Shown one piece after another: positions 10,256-19,381 of a stretch of 64,000 bases of DNA; positions within the stretch are counted from its first letter, which is position 1, and each line of letters starts with the position of its first letter. The DNA is from Dethiosulfovibrio peptidovorans. GTDB lineage: Bacteria > Synergistota > Synergistia > Synergistales > Dethiosulfovibrionaceae. A model generated the notes under the pieces. It was not told the DNA's origin, did no database searches, and saw only the letters and a program-made list of their open reading frames with translations. A program made the position numbers and the translations under genes. Location of the stretch: contig PDTB01000031.1 in the NCBI GenBank assembly GCA_002748665.1, forward strand, positions 890-64,889, in the 5' to 3' direction.

Positions 10256-10911
10256 GCGAGGTTCACTTCGGGCGTCAGGCCCTCGCATGAGACGGCGAGG
10301 TGGTCCTTCATCAATCGGACTGCCTTGTCGTTGTCGTGGTCGGAAAGAGCGCCCAAGAGAGCTCGGTGTTCGTCGAGGCTTGGGTTTGAGCTGAAGTTAA
10401 AAAATTGCTCGTAAAAGACCATATACACGTATGTTCTGGAGAGGACGTTATCCACGTAATCGGCCAGAACCATATTCCCCGATGCCTCCGCGATGATCCT
10501 ATGAAAAGCGTTGTTGACCTCCAGGTACGCTTCCAGATCCCGATCCCGAAAGCTCTGTTCTTCTAATTCGATCTGTTCTTCCAAACGACAGATTTGCAAG
10601 GGCGTGATCCGGTGGGCTGCCTTTTCAACGGCGAGACACTCCAGATATTCGCGAACCTCGTAGGTGTTCTCGATTTCCTCCCTTGTAGGAGCTGTGAGTC
10701 TGGCACCGCCGCCAGGGATCAGTTGAACGATCCCCTCGGTCGCCAACCTCCGAAGGGCCTCGCGGACGGGGGTCCGGCTGACGTCCAACTGTTTAGCGAT
10801 GGTAGTCTCTGGGAGTCGCTGCCCTGCCTTGAGCTTTTTCGTGAGAATCTGACGTCGAAGTTCGTCGTAGACCTGTTCCGATGTTGTCGTGTAAAGAACG
10901 GTTTTTTTCAT
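10252..10911 (-). CDS. GntR-family regulator with FadR/FCD C-terminal domain
   Basis: HTH LPETTIAKQLDVSRTPVREALRRLATEGIV followed by a helical FCD-like domain. Start moved to MKKTVLY because of the GGGGAGG RBS. Confidence 0.85.
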   Translation of the reverse strand: MKKTVLYTTTSEQVYDELRRQILTKKLKAGQRLPETTIAKQLDVSRTPVREALRRLATEGIVQLIPGGGARLTAPTREEIENTYEVREYLECLAVEKAAHRITPLQICRLEEQIELEEQSFRDRDLEAYLEVNNAFHRIIAEASGNMVLADYVDNVLSRTYVYMVFYEQFFNFSSNPSLDEHRALLGALSDHDNDKAVRLMKDHLAVSCEGLTPEVNLA

Positions 10912-10950
10912 GATCCTTGCCTCCCCTAAAAACACGATGAATTATACAAA

Positions 10951-10981
10951 AAAGCCCTCCTCATGACAAGGGAGGGTTTTT
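10951..10981 (-). terminator. Bidirectional hairpin with flanking A/T runs (AAAGCCCTCC tcatgacaa GGAGGGTTTT)
   Basis: Stem read directly, with T-runs on both strands. It lies between the ABC-F operon end and the GntR promoter (TATAAT on the minus strand just beyond it). Confidence 0.45.
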
Positions 10982-11039
10982 CAGACAGTTGCCCTCCCGC
11001 CTCGGCTTTGGAGCTGTACGTACACGTTTGGGTGAGACA

Positions 11040-11100
11040 GAGCTCTGGCGGAACGAGCCGAGGCTGGGAGACTCAGATGTAGGCTTTTAGAGGTGCCCTT
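11040..11100. repeat. Copy B of the two-block repeat (partner at 60..112)
   Basis: See copy A. Block 2 here reads TTTTAGAGGTGCCCTT. Confidence 0.5.
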
Positions 11101-11238
11101 GTTTGAATTTTACAACCGCTATACCGCTTATTGTGTGTCATACCCACTACGTGTTTTTTGAATAGAACACATGAACAGATGACAGAAGGAGGAGCCGCCC
11201 CGAAGCGCGAAGCGACTCCTCCTGTCGTTTTAGCATCT

Positions 11239-13170
11239 TCAATCCCTTGTCTCGATGGTCTGGATGGTCTCCATGAGTTCTTCCCATCGGACCATGATCC
11301 GTGCCAGACGATCCTCCACGGACGCCAGGTCTGTCATGAGTTCTTGGACGAGGCTCGACCGTCCCAGGGTTTGGGGATCGCAGAGTTTCTGGTGAAGGAG
11401 ACCCTTGTCTTCTTCCAGCTGTGAGATGTCGGTCTCCACTCGCTCAAGCTCGTCGAGAAAGGGCTTTTTCTCACGATAGAGGCGGTTTCGTCGCTCGGCT
11501 GCAGTGCGTTTGGAGCTTCCCTTTTTGGTTACCCCGGAGGAGGGTTGGTTGGCCTGTTCATTTGCCAGGATTTGCTCCCGCCTTGCGACGAAGGCGCTAT
11601 AGTTGCCCTGATAGTCATGAAGGTGCCCTTTTCGGATCTCCAGGACCCGACTCACCAGGTTATCCAGAAAAAAACGGTCGTGAGATACGATAAGCATGGT
11701 TCCATCGTACTTCAGGAGAGCTCGCTGAAACAGCTCTTTTGTGGTCATGTCCAAGTGGTTAGTGGGCTCGTCCAGGATGAGGAAATTTGTCTCCTGAAGA
11801 AGAAGCTTCACGAGAGCCACCCGTGATTTTTCTCCCCCCGAGAGGATTGAGATGGGTTTGTGAATGTCGTCGCCGGGGAAAAGAAAGGCCCCGAGCAGAG
11901 AGCGTTTCCCCTCGGGCGAAAGTCGATCCAATGTCCTGTCTACCTCCTGCCAGACAGTGTTACCGTAGTCCAAGTTCAAGCTGCTTTCTTGGGAGAAGAA
12001 CCCCATGGATACGTGGTAGCCTAGCTCAACGATCCCTCGGTCGGGAGTTTCCTGAGCGGCGATGAGCCGGGAGAGCGTAGATTTACCTGCGCCGTTGACT
12101 CCCACCAGGGCAATTTTCTCGCCTCGAGTGATCTGGAGGTCCAGATCCTGAAAGACGGAGAGGTTGCCGTAGGATTTTGAGAGCCCCACAGCACTCACCA
12201 CGGTATGTCCGCTGCGGGGGCAGGAAGGAAAGGCGATGGAGACGGATTTGTTCGGTCCTCTCAGAGCAACGGCTTCCATCCGTTCCAGTTTTTTAACCCG
12301 GCTCTGGACGAGGGATGCCTTGGATGCCTTGGAGCGAAACCGGTCGATGAAGTCCCTTGTCCTTTCAATCTCGGCCTGTTGTCGTGAACGTGCCCGCTCC
12401 CTCCGTTCCTCAAGGGCGGCGCTCTCCTCCAGGTAGCGAGAAAAATTGCCTCGGTAGACGGTGATGGAGCCGTCGGCGAGTTCAGCGATGGACGTCATGA
12501 TTTTGTCCATGAATCGTCGATCATGGGAGATCGCTACGACCGTTCCCGAAAAACCGCCCAGCCAGCCTTCAAGCCATTCCATGCTCTCGGTATCCAGGTG
12601 ATTGGTGGGCTCGTCCAGAAGGAGTACGTCAGGACGGCTGAGAAGTGCGCCGGCTAGGGCGATGCGCATCTTCCATCCTCCCGAGAAATGAGAGATGGGA
12701 CGGTCGCTGTCCTCAGACTTGAAGCCCAGGCCCTTCATAGCTTTCTGTGCCATGGCGTCGAAAGAATGACCTCCGGCCATCTCGTAGGCGGCCATGGCCC
12801 GTTCGTATCGTTCCATGGCTTGATTTTGATCTCGACTGTCTGATTGGGCCTCGCTCAGATCTGCCTCGGCTCGGCGAAGGGTTGACTCCAGATCGTCAAT
12901 CCCGGCCTCCTGCCTGATGTAGGCCAACACTGAGATGTCTGGAAGCTCGTGGAGATCCTGGGGCAGGTAGCCCACTCGTGCGGACGAGGGCAGAGAGGCT
13001 GTCCCCTCGTCAACCTCAACCATGCCGAGAAGCACTCGGAGCAGGGTGGTCTTACCCGAGCCGTTTGCTCCCACTAACCCGACCTTACTTCCGTCGGGTA
13101 TACGCCAGGAAAGACCATCATAGAGCTTCCGCCCGCCCAGGGTGAGCCTCAGGTTACCCATGTCGATCAT
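11239..13170 (-). CDS. ABC-F family ATPase (two tandem ABC domains, no TM segments, C-terminal coiled-coil; Uup/YheS-like)
   Basis: Two Walker A motifs (GANGSGKTT, GVNGAGKST), two signature motifs (FSGGWKMR, LSGGEKSR) and an inter-domain linker. 643 aa. Confidence 0.9.
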   Translation of the reverse strand: MIDMGNLRLTLGGRKLYDGLSWRIPDGSKVGLVGANGSGKTTLLRVLLGMVEVDEGTASLPSSARVGYLPQDLHELPDISVLAYIRQEAGIDDLESTLRRAEADLSEAQSDSRDQNQAMERYERAMAAYEMAGGHSFDAMAQKAMKGLGFKSEDSDRPISHFSGGWKMRIALAGALLSRPDVLLLDEPTNHLDTESMEWLEGWLGGFSGTVVAISHDRRFMDKIMTSIAELADGSITVYRGNFSRYLEESAALEERRERARSRQQAEIERTRDFIDRFRSKASKASLVQSRVKKLERMEAVALRGPNKSVSIAFPSCPRSGHTVVSAVGLSKSYGNLSVFQDLDLQITRGEKIALVGVNGAGKSTLSRLIAAQETPDRGIVELGYHVSMGFFSQESSLNLDYGNTVWQEVDRTLDRLSPEGKRSLLGAFLFPGDDIHKPISILSGGEKSRVALVKLLLQETNFLILDEPTNHLDMTTKELFQRALLKYDGTMLIVSHDRFFLDNLVSRVLEIRKGHLHDYQGNYSAFVARREQILANEQANQPSSGVTKKGSSKRTAAERRNRLYREKKPFLDELERVETDISQLEEDKGLLHQKLCDPQTLGRSSLVQELMTDLASVEDRLARIMVRWEELMETIQTIETRD

Positions 13171-14198
13171 GAATTTTCGAGAGCCTTGGTTCCGTGCTTG
13201 TTAGCCTTGCATTTCTCCAGATCCAGATAATAGCGTCTTTTGGCGTTATCCAGTTCTTGGGCCATTTTATTTTCAACCTCTTTTTTCTCAATCTGAAGCT
13301 GACGCTTGAATTCGGCCTCCATCTGAGATATTTTATGGTCTCTTAGGGAAAGCTCTCGAACTCCCTGCGCCAGTTCCTTCTCTAAGGAGGCGATCCGATC
13401 ACTCTTCTGGCGCTCCAGCGCGACAAGCTCTTTTCTCGCTTTTTGTTCCAGTGCTCGCATGTGTTCCTGAGAGCGTCGTTCGGACGCTTTGAGTTGCTCC
13501 TGAAGGGCCATGGATTCTCGGGCTATCTGCTCCCGAAGTCCCTTTTTCTCTGCGTTTATCCTATCCATCTCCTCGGTAAGGGAGCGTTTTTCCCTCCCGA
13601 GCCGTTCCCGAAGGTTCACCTCTTCCGAGTTTTGTTCCGTCAACTGGTGAATCCGATTCTCCAGGGAGGTCTGGACATCTCTGAATCGGGTCTTCTCCTG
13701 GGCAAAATGTTTTTGAAGTTCCTCTATCCGTCCTAAGTGGAGCCCCTCCAGTTTTTTGATCTCGCTTCGAAGGCCCTCGAGTTCTTGGAGGAGGGAGTAA
13801 CGCTGCTCCTTGAGGCTTTCATTCTCTTTTTGGAGCTCCTCCAATCTTTTCAAGCCAGCCTGGGCTCGAGTCAGTTCGTTCTGCAGGTCCTGACACGCCC
13901 CCTCTGATCGCCGCCGTGCGCTTTCGCAGTCCTCTCGAATGGCCTCCAGAGAGCTGTGGTCGTTTTGGAGCAGTTTTAGTTGATTCGTGAGATCGGCCAT
14001 CTGGCGATCTTGGGTATTCAGGGTATATTGGAGCTCTCGGATCTCTTTTTCCCTGTCCTCCAGCTCTTCGTAGATTCTCTGTTGGAAAAGTGTAGCTGCA
14101 TGTCCTAGGTTGTTTAGGGCATCGTTCAGCATCTTTCCGTCCTCACTTTCCCGAAAGAGCGCTGTTTGGGGAAGGAGAGTATCGTCGTGTTCGGTCAT
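13167..14198 (-). CDS. Coiled-coil protein of unknown function (343 aa, E/K/R/Q/L-rich, no TM)
   Basis: Uninterrupted heptad-like low-complexity sequence. Its stop overlaps the ABC-F start (ATGA). Confidence 0.65.
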   Translation of the reverse strand: MTEHDDTLLPQTALFRESEDGKMLNDALNNLGHAATLFQQRIYEELEDREKEIRELQYTLNTQDRQMADLTNQLKLLQNDHSSLEAIREDCESARRRSEGACQDLQNELTRAQAGLKRLEELQKENESLKEQRYSLLQELEGLRSEIKKLEGLHLGRIEELQKHFAQEKTRFRDVQTSLENRIHQLTEQNSEEVNLRERLGREKRSLTEEMDRINAEKKGLREQIARESMALQEQLKASERRSQEHMRALEQKARKELVALERQKSDRIASLEKELAQGVRELSLRDHKISQMEAEFKRQLQIEKKEVENKMAQELDNAKRRYYLDLEKCKANKHGTKALENS

Positions 14199-14396
14199 TG
14201 TTTATCACCTCAAAGTCTTCCGTAAATCGAATCGCGTGACTTTCATTATACCAACGGTTTGTTTTTTTTTGCCCTGTCGGGACGTATAAATACGATGGAT
14301 TTTGCTCTGGCGTTGAGAGGCGACGATGTACAGAGAGCCGATGTAACGGTGTGTTGAGGTCTCAGACGTGGTCGATATGTGCCTGTGCCTTATGGA

Positions 14397-15674
14397 TCAG
14401 GAGGACCTCGAACGGCTTTCAGTGGAGCGTTGAAAAGCAGCCAGCCCGGCTGTATAGCCGGTTGACCAACAGGCTTGAAGATTATAGCCACCGGTCGGGC
14501 CGTCGAGGTCCAGAATCTCTCCGGCGAAGAAGAGACCTGAATATTTTTTTGATTCCATGGTCTTGGGGTTCACGTCCTTCAGCGAGACACCTCCAGCTGT
14601 GATCACGGCCCATCGGTAGCCAAGCAGGCCGGTAGGAGTTACAGGGAGAGCCGTCACAGCTTCAAGTAGATTGGCCCTCTGTGTCTTCGTAACCGTGTCG
14701 ACCCTGGTATCTGCTGGTATGCCTGCCACGTGAAGCACTACGGGGATGAGTTGTCGTGGCAACAGATCCCGGAGACCATTTTTTAAGAGTTCTCTGGGAT
14801 GATTCTTCAGGTCTCGAAGGATTCGGGCATCCAGTTTGGCCTTGGAGAGTGCCGGTTTCAGATCGATGAACAATATGGGTTGTCCGGCCTTAAGGGCCCG
14901 GCCGATTTCCTTAGCCATGTCCATGACGATGGGGCCGCTCACCCCGAAATGGGTGAAGAGCATCTCCCCGAAGCGGCTGGATCGTTGCGCTCCGTTGTGC
15001 CAGAGACTCAGAGATACGTTTTTCAGCGTCAGGCCTTTCAGCTCCGTACACCAGGATTCCTGAGCCCGAACTGGAGATATAGCAGGTTCAGGAGCGATGA
15101 TTTTGTGTCCCGTCTCTCTGGCCCATCCGTACCCGTCTCCAGTGGAGCCTGTTTGTGGGTACGACAATCCTCCCGTAGCGATAACTACTGTCTCAGCCTC
15201 AAAATCCCCTCTGTTGCTCTTCAGACAAAAGCCACCTTTGTGCTTCGGCTTCAGGGACGTGACCTCGGTGTCCGTGAATATCCATACGTTCCCCTCAGCC
15301 ATGAAGGCTGCAAGTGCTGCCAGAACGTCAGAAGCTGTGCCGCCATTATCGGGGAAAACACGATGCCCTCGTTCCACCAGGGGAGCAACGCCCCGTTCGT
15401 GAAAAAATTCCAGAGTCTCCCTCAGTCCAAAACGACTAAGGGATGACAGAAGAAAGCGTCCGTTAGCCCCGAAGACTTCGGCGAGTTTCATCGGGTCTTC
15501 CTCCATGTGGGTGTAGTTGCATCGTCCCTTTCCTGTGATCCCTAACTTAACCCCCAGTCGGTCATTTTTCTCCAGCAAGGCCACCGATGCCCCCTGTGCT
15601 GCTGCGGAGCCTGCGGCCATCATGCCCGCAGGGCCGCCGCCGAGAATAACCACGTCGTATTTCGTACCGGTCAT
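14397..15674 (-). CDS. NAD(P)/FAD-dependent oxidoreductase, HI0933/BaiN-like flavoprotein
   Basis: YDVVILGGGPAGMMAA dinucleotide fold, family-typical length, and C-terminal GGYNLQ...TG. Confidence 0.85.
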   Translation of the reverse strand: MTGTKYDVVILGGGPAGMMAAGSAAAQGASVALLEKNDRLGVKLGITGKGRCNYTHMEEDPMKLAEVFGANGRFLLSSLSRFGLRETLEFFHERGVAPLVERGHRVFPDNGGTASDVLAALAAFMAEGNVWIFTDTEVTSLKPKHKGGFCLKSNRGDFEAETVVIATGGLSYPQTGSTGDGYGWARETGHKIIAPEPAISPVRAQESWCTELKGLTLKNVSLSLWHNGAQRSSRFGEMLFTHFGVSGPIVMDMAKEIGRALKAGQPILFIDLKPALSKAKLDARILRDLKNHPRELLKNGLRDLLPRQLIPVVLHVAGIPADTRVDTVTKTQRANLLEAVTALPVTPTGLLGYRWAVITAGGVSLKDVNPKTMESKKYSGLFFAGEILDLDGPTGGYNLQACWSTGYTAGLAAFQRSTESRSRSS

Positions 15675-15750
15675 GGATTGTCTCCTTCCAGGTTTGTGTC
15701 TTGCTCAGGATCATATCACTTTAGGGTGAATATTTTTGTAAAAATTTTTC

Positions 15751-15772
15751 TATATCAATGATAGTTGATATA
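15751..15772. promoter_or_regulatory. Perfect 8-6-8 palindrome TATATCAA-tgatag-TTGATATA in the divergent promoter region
   Basis: Read directly, about 70 nt upstream of the Fe-ADH start. The binding protein is unknown. Confidence 0.3.
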
Positions 15773-15843
15773 TATTAATAAATATGATATGTTTATCACA
15801 AGGAATAGAGCCACAAAATTCTTATGTTGAGGGGGAATATGGT

Positions 15844-17061
15844 ATGTGGGATTCAAAAATGCCGATTCATGAGATACGGGAGATTCGCGCTAAGACAACG
15901 GTCTATCTGGGAGTGGGGGCCATCGTCAAGATCGACGACATCGTTGCCGACCTGAAGGCCCGGGGGATCGAGAAGGTTCTGTGTGTGACCGGTCGGGGCT
16001 CTTACAAAAAGACCGGTGCGTGGGATCACGTTACAGCGGCTTTCGACAAGCATGGGGTGAAGCACGTTCTCTACGACAAAATTCGTCCCAACCCCGAGGC
16101 CGATGACGTCGACGCCGCAACGGCAATGGCCCGTGATTTCGGTGCCACAGCTGTGGTCGCCATCGGCGGGGGAAGCCCCATCGACGCTGGTAAAAGCGCC
16201 GCTATCCTCATGGAATATCCTGACGAAAACGCTCGGTCTCTCTACGAGTTTAAGTTTACGCCGACCAAGGCTGCGCCGATCGTGGCTATCAACCTCACTC
16301 ACGGTACGGGAACCGAGGCCGACCGTTTCGCCGTGGTCACCATTCCGGAGAAGGAATATAAACCTGCCATCGCCTACGACTGCATCTATCCCCTGTGGGC
16401 TATCGATGACCCTGCTCTTATGACCGGCCTGTCGCCGGATCAGACCCGCTTCACCGCTGTGGACGCCGTAAACCACGTAACCGAGGCTGCGATCACAAAG
16501 GTGGCGACGCCGTACACGGTTATGTTGGCCAAGGAGGTTGTCCGTCTGGTGGCTAAGTATCTGCCCCAGGCGCTTCAGTGTCCTGACGACCTGACGGCCC
16601 GGTACTATCTTCTGTACGCTTCCCTTATCGCCGGGATCTGTTTTGACAACGGTCTGCTTCACTTCACCCATGCGTTGGAGCATCCTCTGAGCGGTGTCAA
16701 ACCGGATCTGGCACACGGGCTGGGGCTTGCGATGATTTTGCCCGCCGTTGTTCGTCAGATCTACGTGGCTCAGCCCGAAGTTTTGGCGGATCTCTATTCG
16801 CCGATCGTTCCCAACCTCACCGGCGTTCCCGCCGAGGCGGACGCGGTGGCCCGTGGCGTGGAGCGGTGGCTGTTCGACATCGGTATCACGTCGAAGCTGG
16901 CCGACGAGGGATACACCGAGGCCGACGTAGACAAGCTGGTGAATCTGGCTCAGACGACGCCTTCGCTGGATGGTCTGTTGTCTATCGCCCCCATCCCGTC
17001 GAACTCCAAGGTTATTGAGACGATCTATCGGGAGTCGCTTAAGCCATACTGTGCGAGGTAG
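15844..17061 (+). CDS. Iron-containing (group III) alcohol dehydrogenase
   Basis: GGGSPIDAGKSAA motif and His-rich metal site region (HALEHPLSG...HG). Start set at MWDSK after the GAGGGGG RBS. Confidence 0.85.
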   Translation: MWDSKMPIHEIREIRAKTTVYLGVGAIVKIDDIVADLKARGIEKVLCVTGRGSYKKTGAWDHVTAAFDKHGVKHVLYDKIRPNPEADDVDAATAMARDFGATAVVAIGGGSPIDAGKSAAILMEYPDENARSLYEFKFTPTKAAPIVAINLTHGTGTEADRFAVVTIPEKEYKPAIAYDCIYPLWAIDDPALMTGLSPDQTRFTAVDAVNHVTEAAITKVATPYTVMLAKEVVRLVAKYLPQALQCPDDLTARYYLLYASLIAGICFDNGLLHFTHALEHPLSGVKPDLAHGLGLAMILPAVVRQIYVAQPEVLADLYSPIVPNLTGVPAEADAVARGVERWLFDIGITSKLADEGYTEADVDKLVNLAQTTPSLDGLLSIAPIPSNSKVIETIYRESLKPYCAR

Positions 17062-17080
17062 CGCTGTCCGTATCATCTTC

Positions 17081-17117
17081 AAAAAAAGAGCGGGGCATAC
17101 AGCCCCGCTCTTTTTTT
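17081..17117. terminator. Bidirectional rho-independent terminator between the convergent adh and tex genes
   Basis: A7-GAGCGGGGC-ataca-GCCCCGCTC-T7. Confidence 0.75.
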
Positions 17118-17121
17118 GTTC

Positions 17122-19263
17122 TCAGCATGGATGTGTCGGATTTTTTTTCATCGAGAGGGACAGACGTTTTCGTTTGAGGTCGACGGATAGAACCGTTACT
17201 GTGACGGCCTGTCCCGGTGAGACGATCCCATGGGGGTCTTTCACAAATCGGTCGGCGAGTTGACTGATGTGGACGAGGCCGTCCTGATGGACGCCGACGT
17301 CCACGAACGCTCCGAAATCGGTGACGTTTGTGACCAGTCCTGGCAAGGTCATCCCCGGTTCCAGATCGGAGAGTTGATTCACCGTTGGGTCGAAGGAAAA
17401 GGCCTTGAGGGGGCCTCGAGGGTCTCTGCCGGGTTTCGCCAGCTCCGACAGAATATCCGTCACGGTTGGCAGTCCCACCTGATCGTTCACGTATTGCTTT
17501 GGATTGATGGCCTTTCTTTTGTTCTCGTCGTCGAGCAAATCACGCACGGAGCATCCCAGGTCGGTCGCCATGGTCTGAACAAGATCATAAAGCTCCGGGT
17601 GGACGGCGCTTGTGTCAAGGGGGTTTTCTCCCCCTTGAATTCGGAGGAACCCGGCTGCCTGTTGAAACGTCTTTGGCCCGAGCCCCGGTACGGAGAGCAG
17701 ATCCTTTCTTGTTCGAAAAGGGCCGTCAGTTCGTCGCCGGGACACCACCGATTTCGCCAGTTTGATGCTGAGTCCTGAGACAAATGAGAGCAGCTGAGGG
17801 CTTGCTGTGTTGACCTCAACTCCCACGGCGTTAACGCAGGAGGATACTACGTCGTTCAAAGCCTTTTTAAGCTCCTTCTGATCCACGTCGTGTTGATATT
17901 GGCCGACGCCGATGGACTTGGGGTCGATTTTCACCAGTTCCGCCAGGGGATCCATGAGTCGACGGCCAATCGAGACGGCCCCCCGATACGATACGTCCAG
18001 TTTGGGGAATTCCTCTCGGGCAAGGGGGGAGGCTGAGTAGATGGATGCGCCGCTTTCGTTGACTGCGTAGATATGAGTTTCAGAGGGAAGGCAGTCTCTT
18101 AAAAACGCCTCGGTCTCCCGTCCCGCCGTACCGTTGCCGACGGCCACTGTCTCGATTTTGTATTGTTGAAAGAGCTCGCCTGTCCTTCTGGCGGCCTCAT
18201 CCCGCTGTGCCTGGGACGTGTGGGGAAAGATCGTCTCGTGATGGAGGAGTTCTCCGGTCTCGTCGAGGCAGACCAGCTTACAGCCGGTGCGAAGTCCGGG
18301 GTCGAGAGCCATCACGCGCTTTTGCCCGAGAGGCGAAGCCATAAGGACTTCTCTGACGTTTTTGACGAAAACCCCGATGGCGTCACGGTCGGCCTTCAGC
18401 TTGAGAGCGTTTCTGGCCTCCGTCTCCATCGCCGGCTCCAGCAATCGTCGATATCCGTCCTCTACGGCTTCCCGAACGAGTTCCGAGTCCCGTCCTGAAC
18501 CCGTGACGAACAATGGCATGAGCTCAGACAGGACGAGTTCCTGAGGCGGGCGGATTGAGACGGAGAGAGCACCCTCGGCTTCGCCGCGGAACAGCGCCAG
18601 AATCCGGTGAGACGGTGCTCTGGACATAGGCTCGTCCCAGTCAAGCCAGTCGGTGAATCGGGGATCGTCTTTCTTCGCTCCCGATCTCGCTTTGGATTTC
18701 AGGCGGCCGTATCGGACAAAAAGAGCGCGCATCGTTGCTCGAGCCCGGGGAGACTCGCTGACCTCCTCGGCAAGAATGTGCTGTGCCCCTTCCAGAGCGG
18801 CGTCGGTTGTCTCCACGCCTTTTTTCGAGCAGATAAATTGCCTGGCAGCCTCGTCGGGGTTTACGCCTTCCTGCGCCATGAGGGTCCGTGCCAGAGGTTC
18901 CAGCCCCTTTTCTCTGGCGACGGTGGCCTTGGTTCGTCTCTTGGGGCGGTAGGGAAGATAGATGTCCTCCAGGGCCGTCATGCTGCGGGCTTTCTGCAGT
19001 GCGGCGGCCAGCTCGTCGGTGAGAAGCTCCCGTTCCTTCAGAGATATCAAAATAGCTTCACGGCGCTTGTCGGTTTCCGCAAGTTGCTCCAGCCCGTCCC
19101 GAATGGCGACGATGGCCACCTCGTCCAGGCTGCCCGTGACTTCCTTGCGGTATCGGGCGATGAAGGGGACCGTACATCCTTCGTCCAAAAGGGTGGCTGT
19201 GGCGGCGACTTTGAACTGGGGGAGTCCAAGTTCTCGTGACAGAAGTTCGCAGTGAAGGGGCAT
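17122..19263 (-). CDS. tex: Tex-like transcription accessory protein (YqgF/HhH/S1 domains)
   Basis: 713 aa. N-terminal Tex signature (TVPFIARYRKE), YqgF-like core, and C-terminal S1 domain (GMTLPGLVTNVTDFGAFVDVGVHQDGLVHISQL). Confidence 0.9.
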   Translation of the reverse strand: MPLHCELLSRELGLPQFKVAATATLLDEGCTVPFIARYRKEVTGSLDEVAIVAIRDGLEQLAETDKRREAILISLKERELLTDELAAALQKARSMTALEDIYLPYRPKRRTKATVAREKGLEPLARTLMAQEGVNPDEAARQFICSKKGVETTDAALEGAQHILAEEVSESPRARATMRALFVRYGRLKSKARSGAKKDDPRFTDWLDWDEPMSRAPSHRILALFRGEAEGALSVSIRPPQELVLSELMPLFVTGSGRDSELVREAVEDGYRRLLEPAMETEARNALKLKADRDAIGVFVKNVREVLMASPLGQKRVMALDPGLRTGCKLVCLDETGELLHHETIFPHTSQAQRDEAARRTGELFQQYKIETVAVGNGTAGRETEAFLRDCLPSETHIYAVNESGASIYSASPLAREEFPKLDVSYRGAVSIGRRLMDPLAELVKIDPKSIGVGQYQHDVDQKELKKALNDVVSSCVNAVGVEVNTASPQLLSFVSGLSIKLAKSVVSRRRTDGPFRTRKDLLSVPGLGPKTFQQAAGFLRIQGGENPLDTSAVHPELYDLVQTMATDLGCSVRDLLDDENKRKAINPKQYVNDQVGLPTVTDILSELAKPGRDPRGPLKAFSFDPTVNQLSDLEPGMTLPGLVTNVTDFGAFVDVGVHQDGLVHISQLADRFVKDPHGIVSPGQAVTVTVLSVDLKRKRLSLSMKKNPTHPC

Positions 19264-19381
19264 TGTATTTTAAGACCTCCGCTTTTTCGATTTGGTTCTA
19301 TGTCACTACATATGATATCAGACCTGGAAAAAAAGGCCTCAAAGGGGTATCGTTATGGTTAGTGAAACTCTCAGGAGGTGT

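Noticed and set aside
11000-11066. Nested stems (GCCTCGGCT/AGCCGAGGC enclosing GAGCTGT/ACAGaGCTC) suggesting a structured RNA
   Set aside because: By rough estimate, 9-bp stems within 60 nt are expected more than ten times by chance in 64 kb. The 5' arm also has no counterpart in the related copy at 60-112, so the structure is not conserved.
15853-17082. 409-aa minus-strand ORF
   Set aside because: It is antisense to the Fe-ADH gene, which has clear family motifs on the plus strand. Its Arg/Gly/Pro-rich composition is typical of antisense frames in GC-rich genes. The same reasoning rejects 912..1598, 19682..20440, 32802..33911, 35288..36127, 42546..43154 and similar ORFs.
19264-19381. Expected TPP (THI-box) riboswitch upstream of thiD
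   Set aside because: Only 118 nt are available, and neither the CTGAGA element nor the ACCTGATCTGGATAATGCCAGCG-like element is present. An Infernal scan would be decisive.
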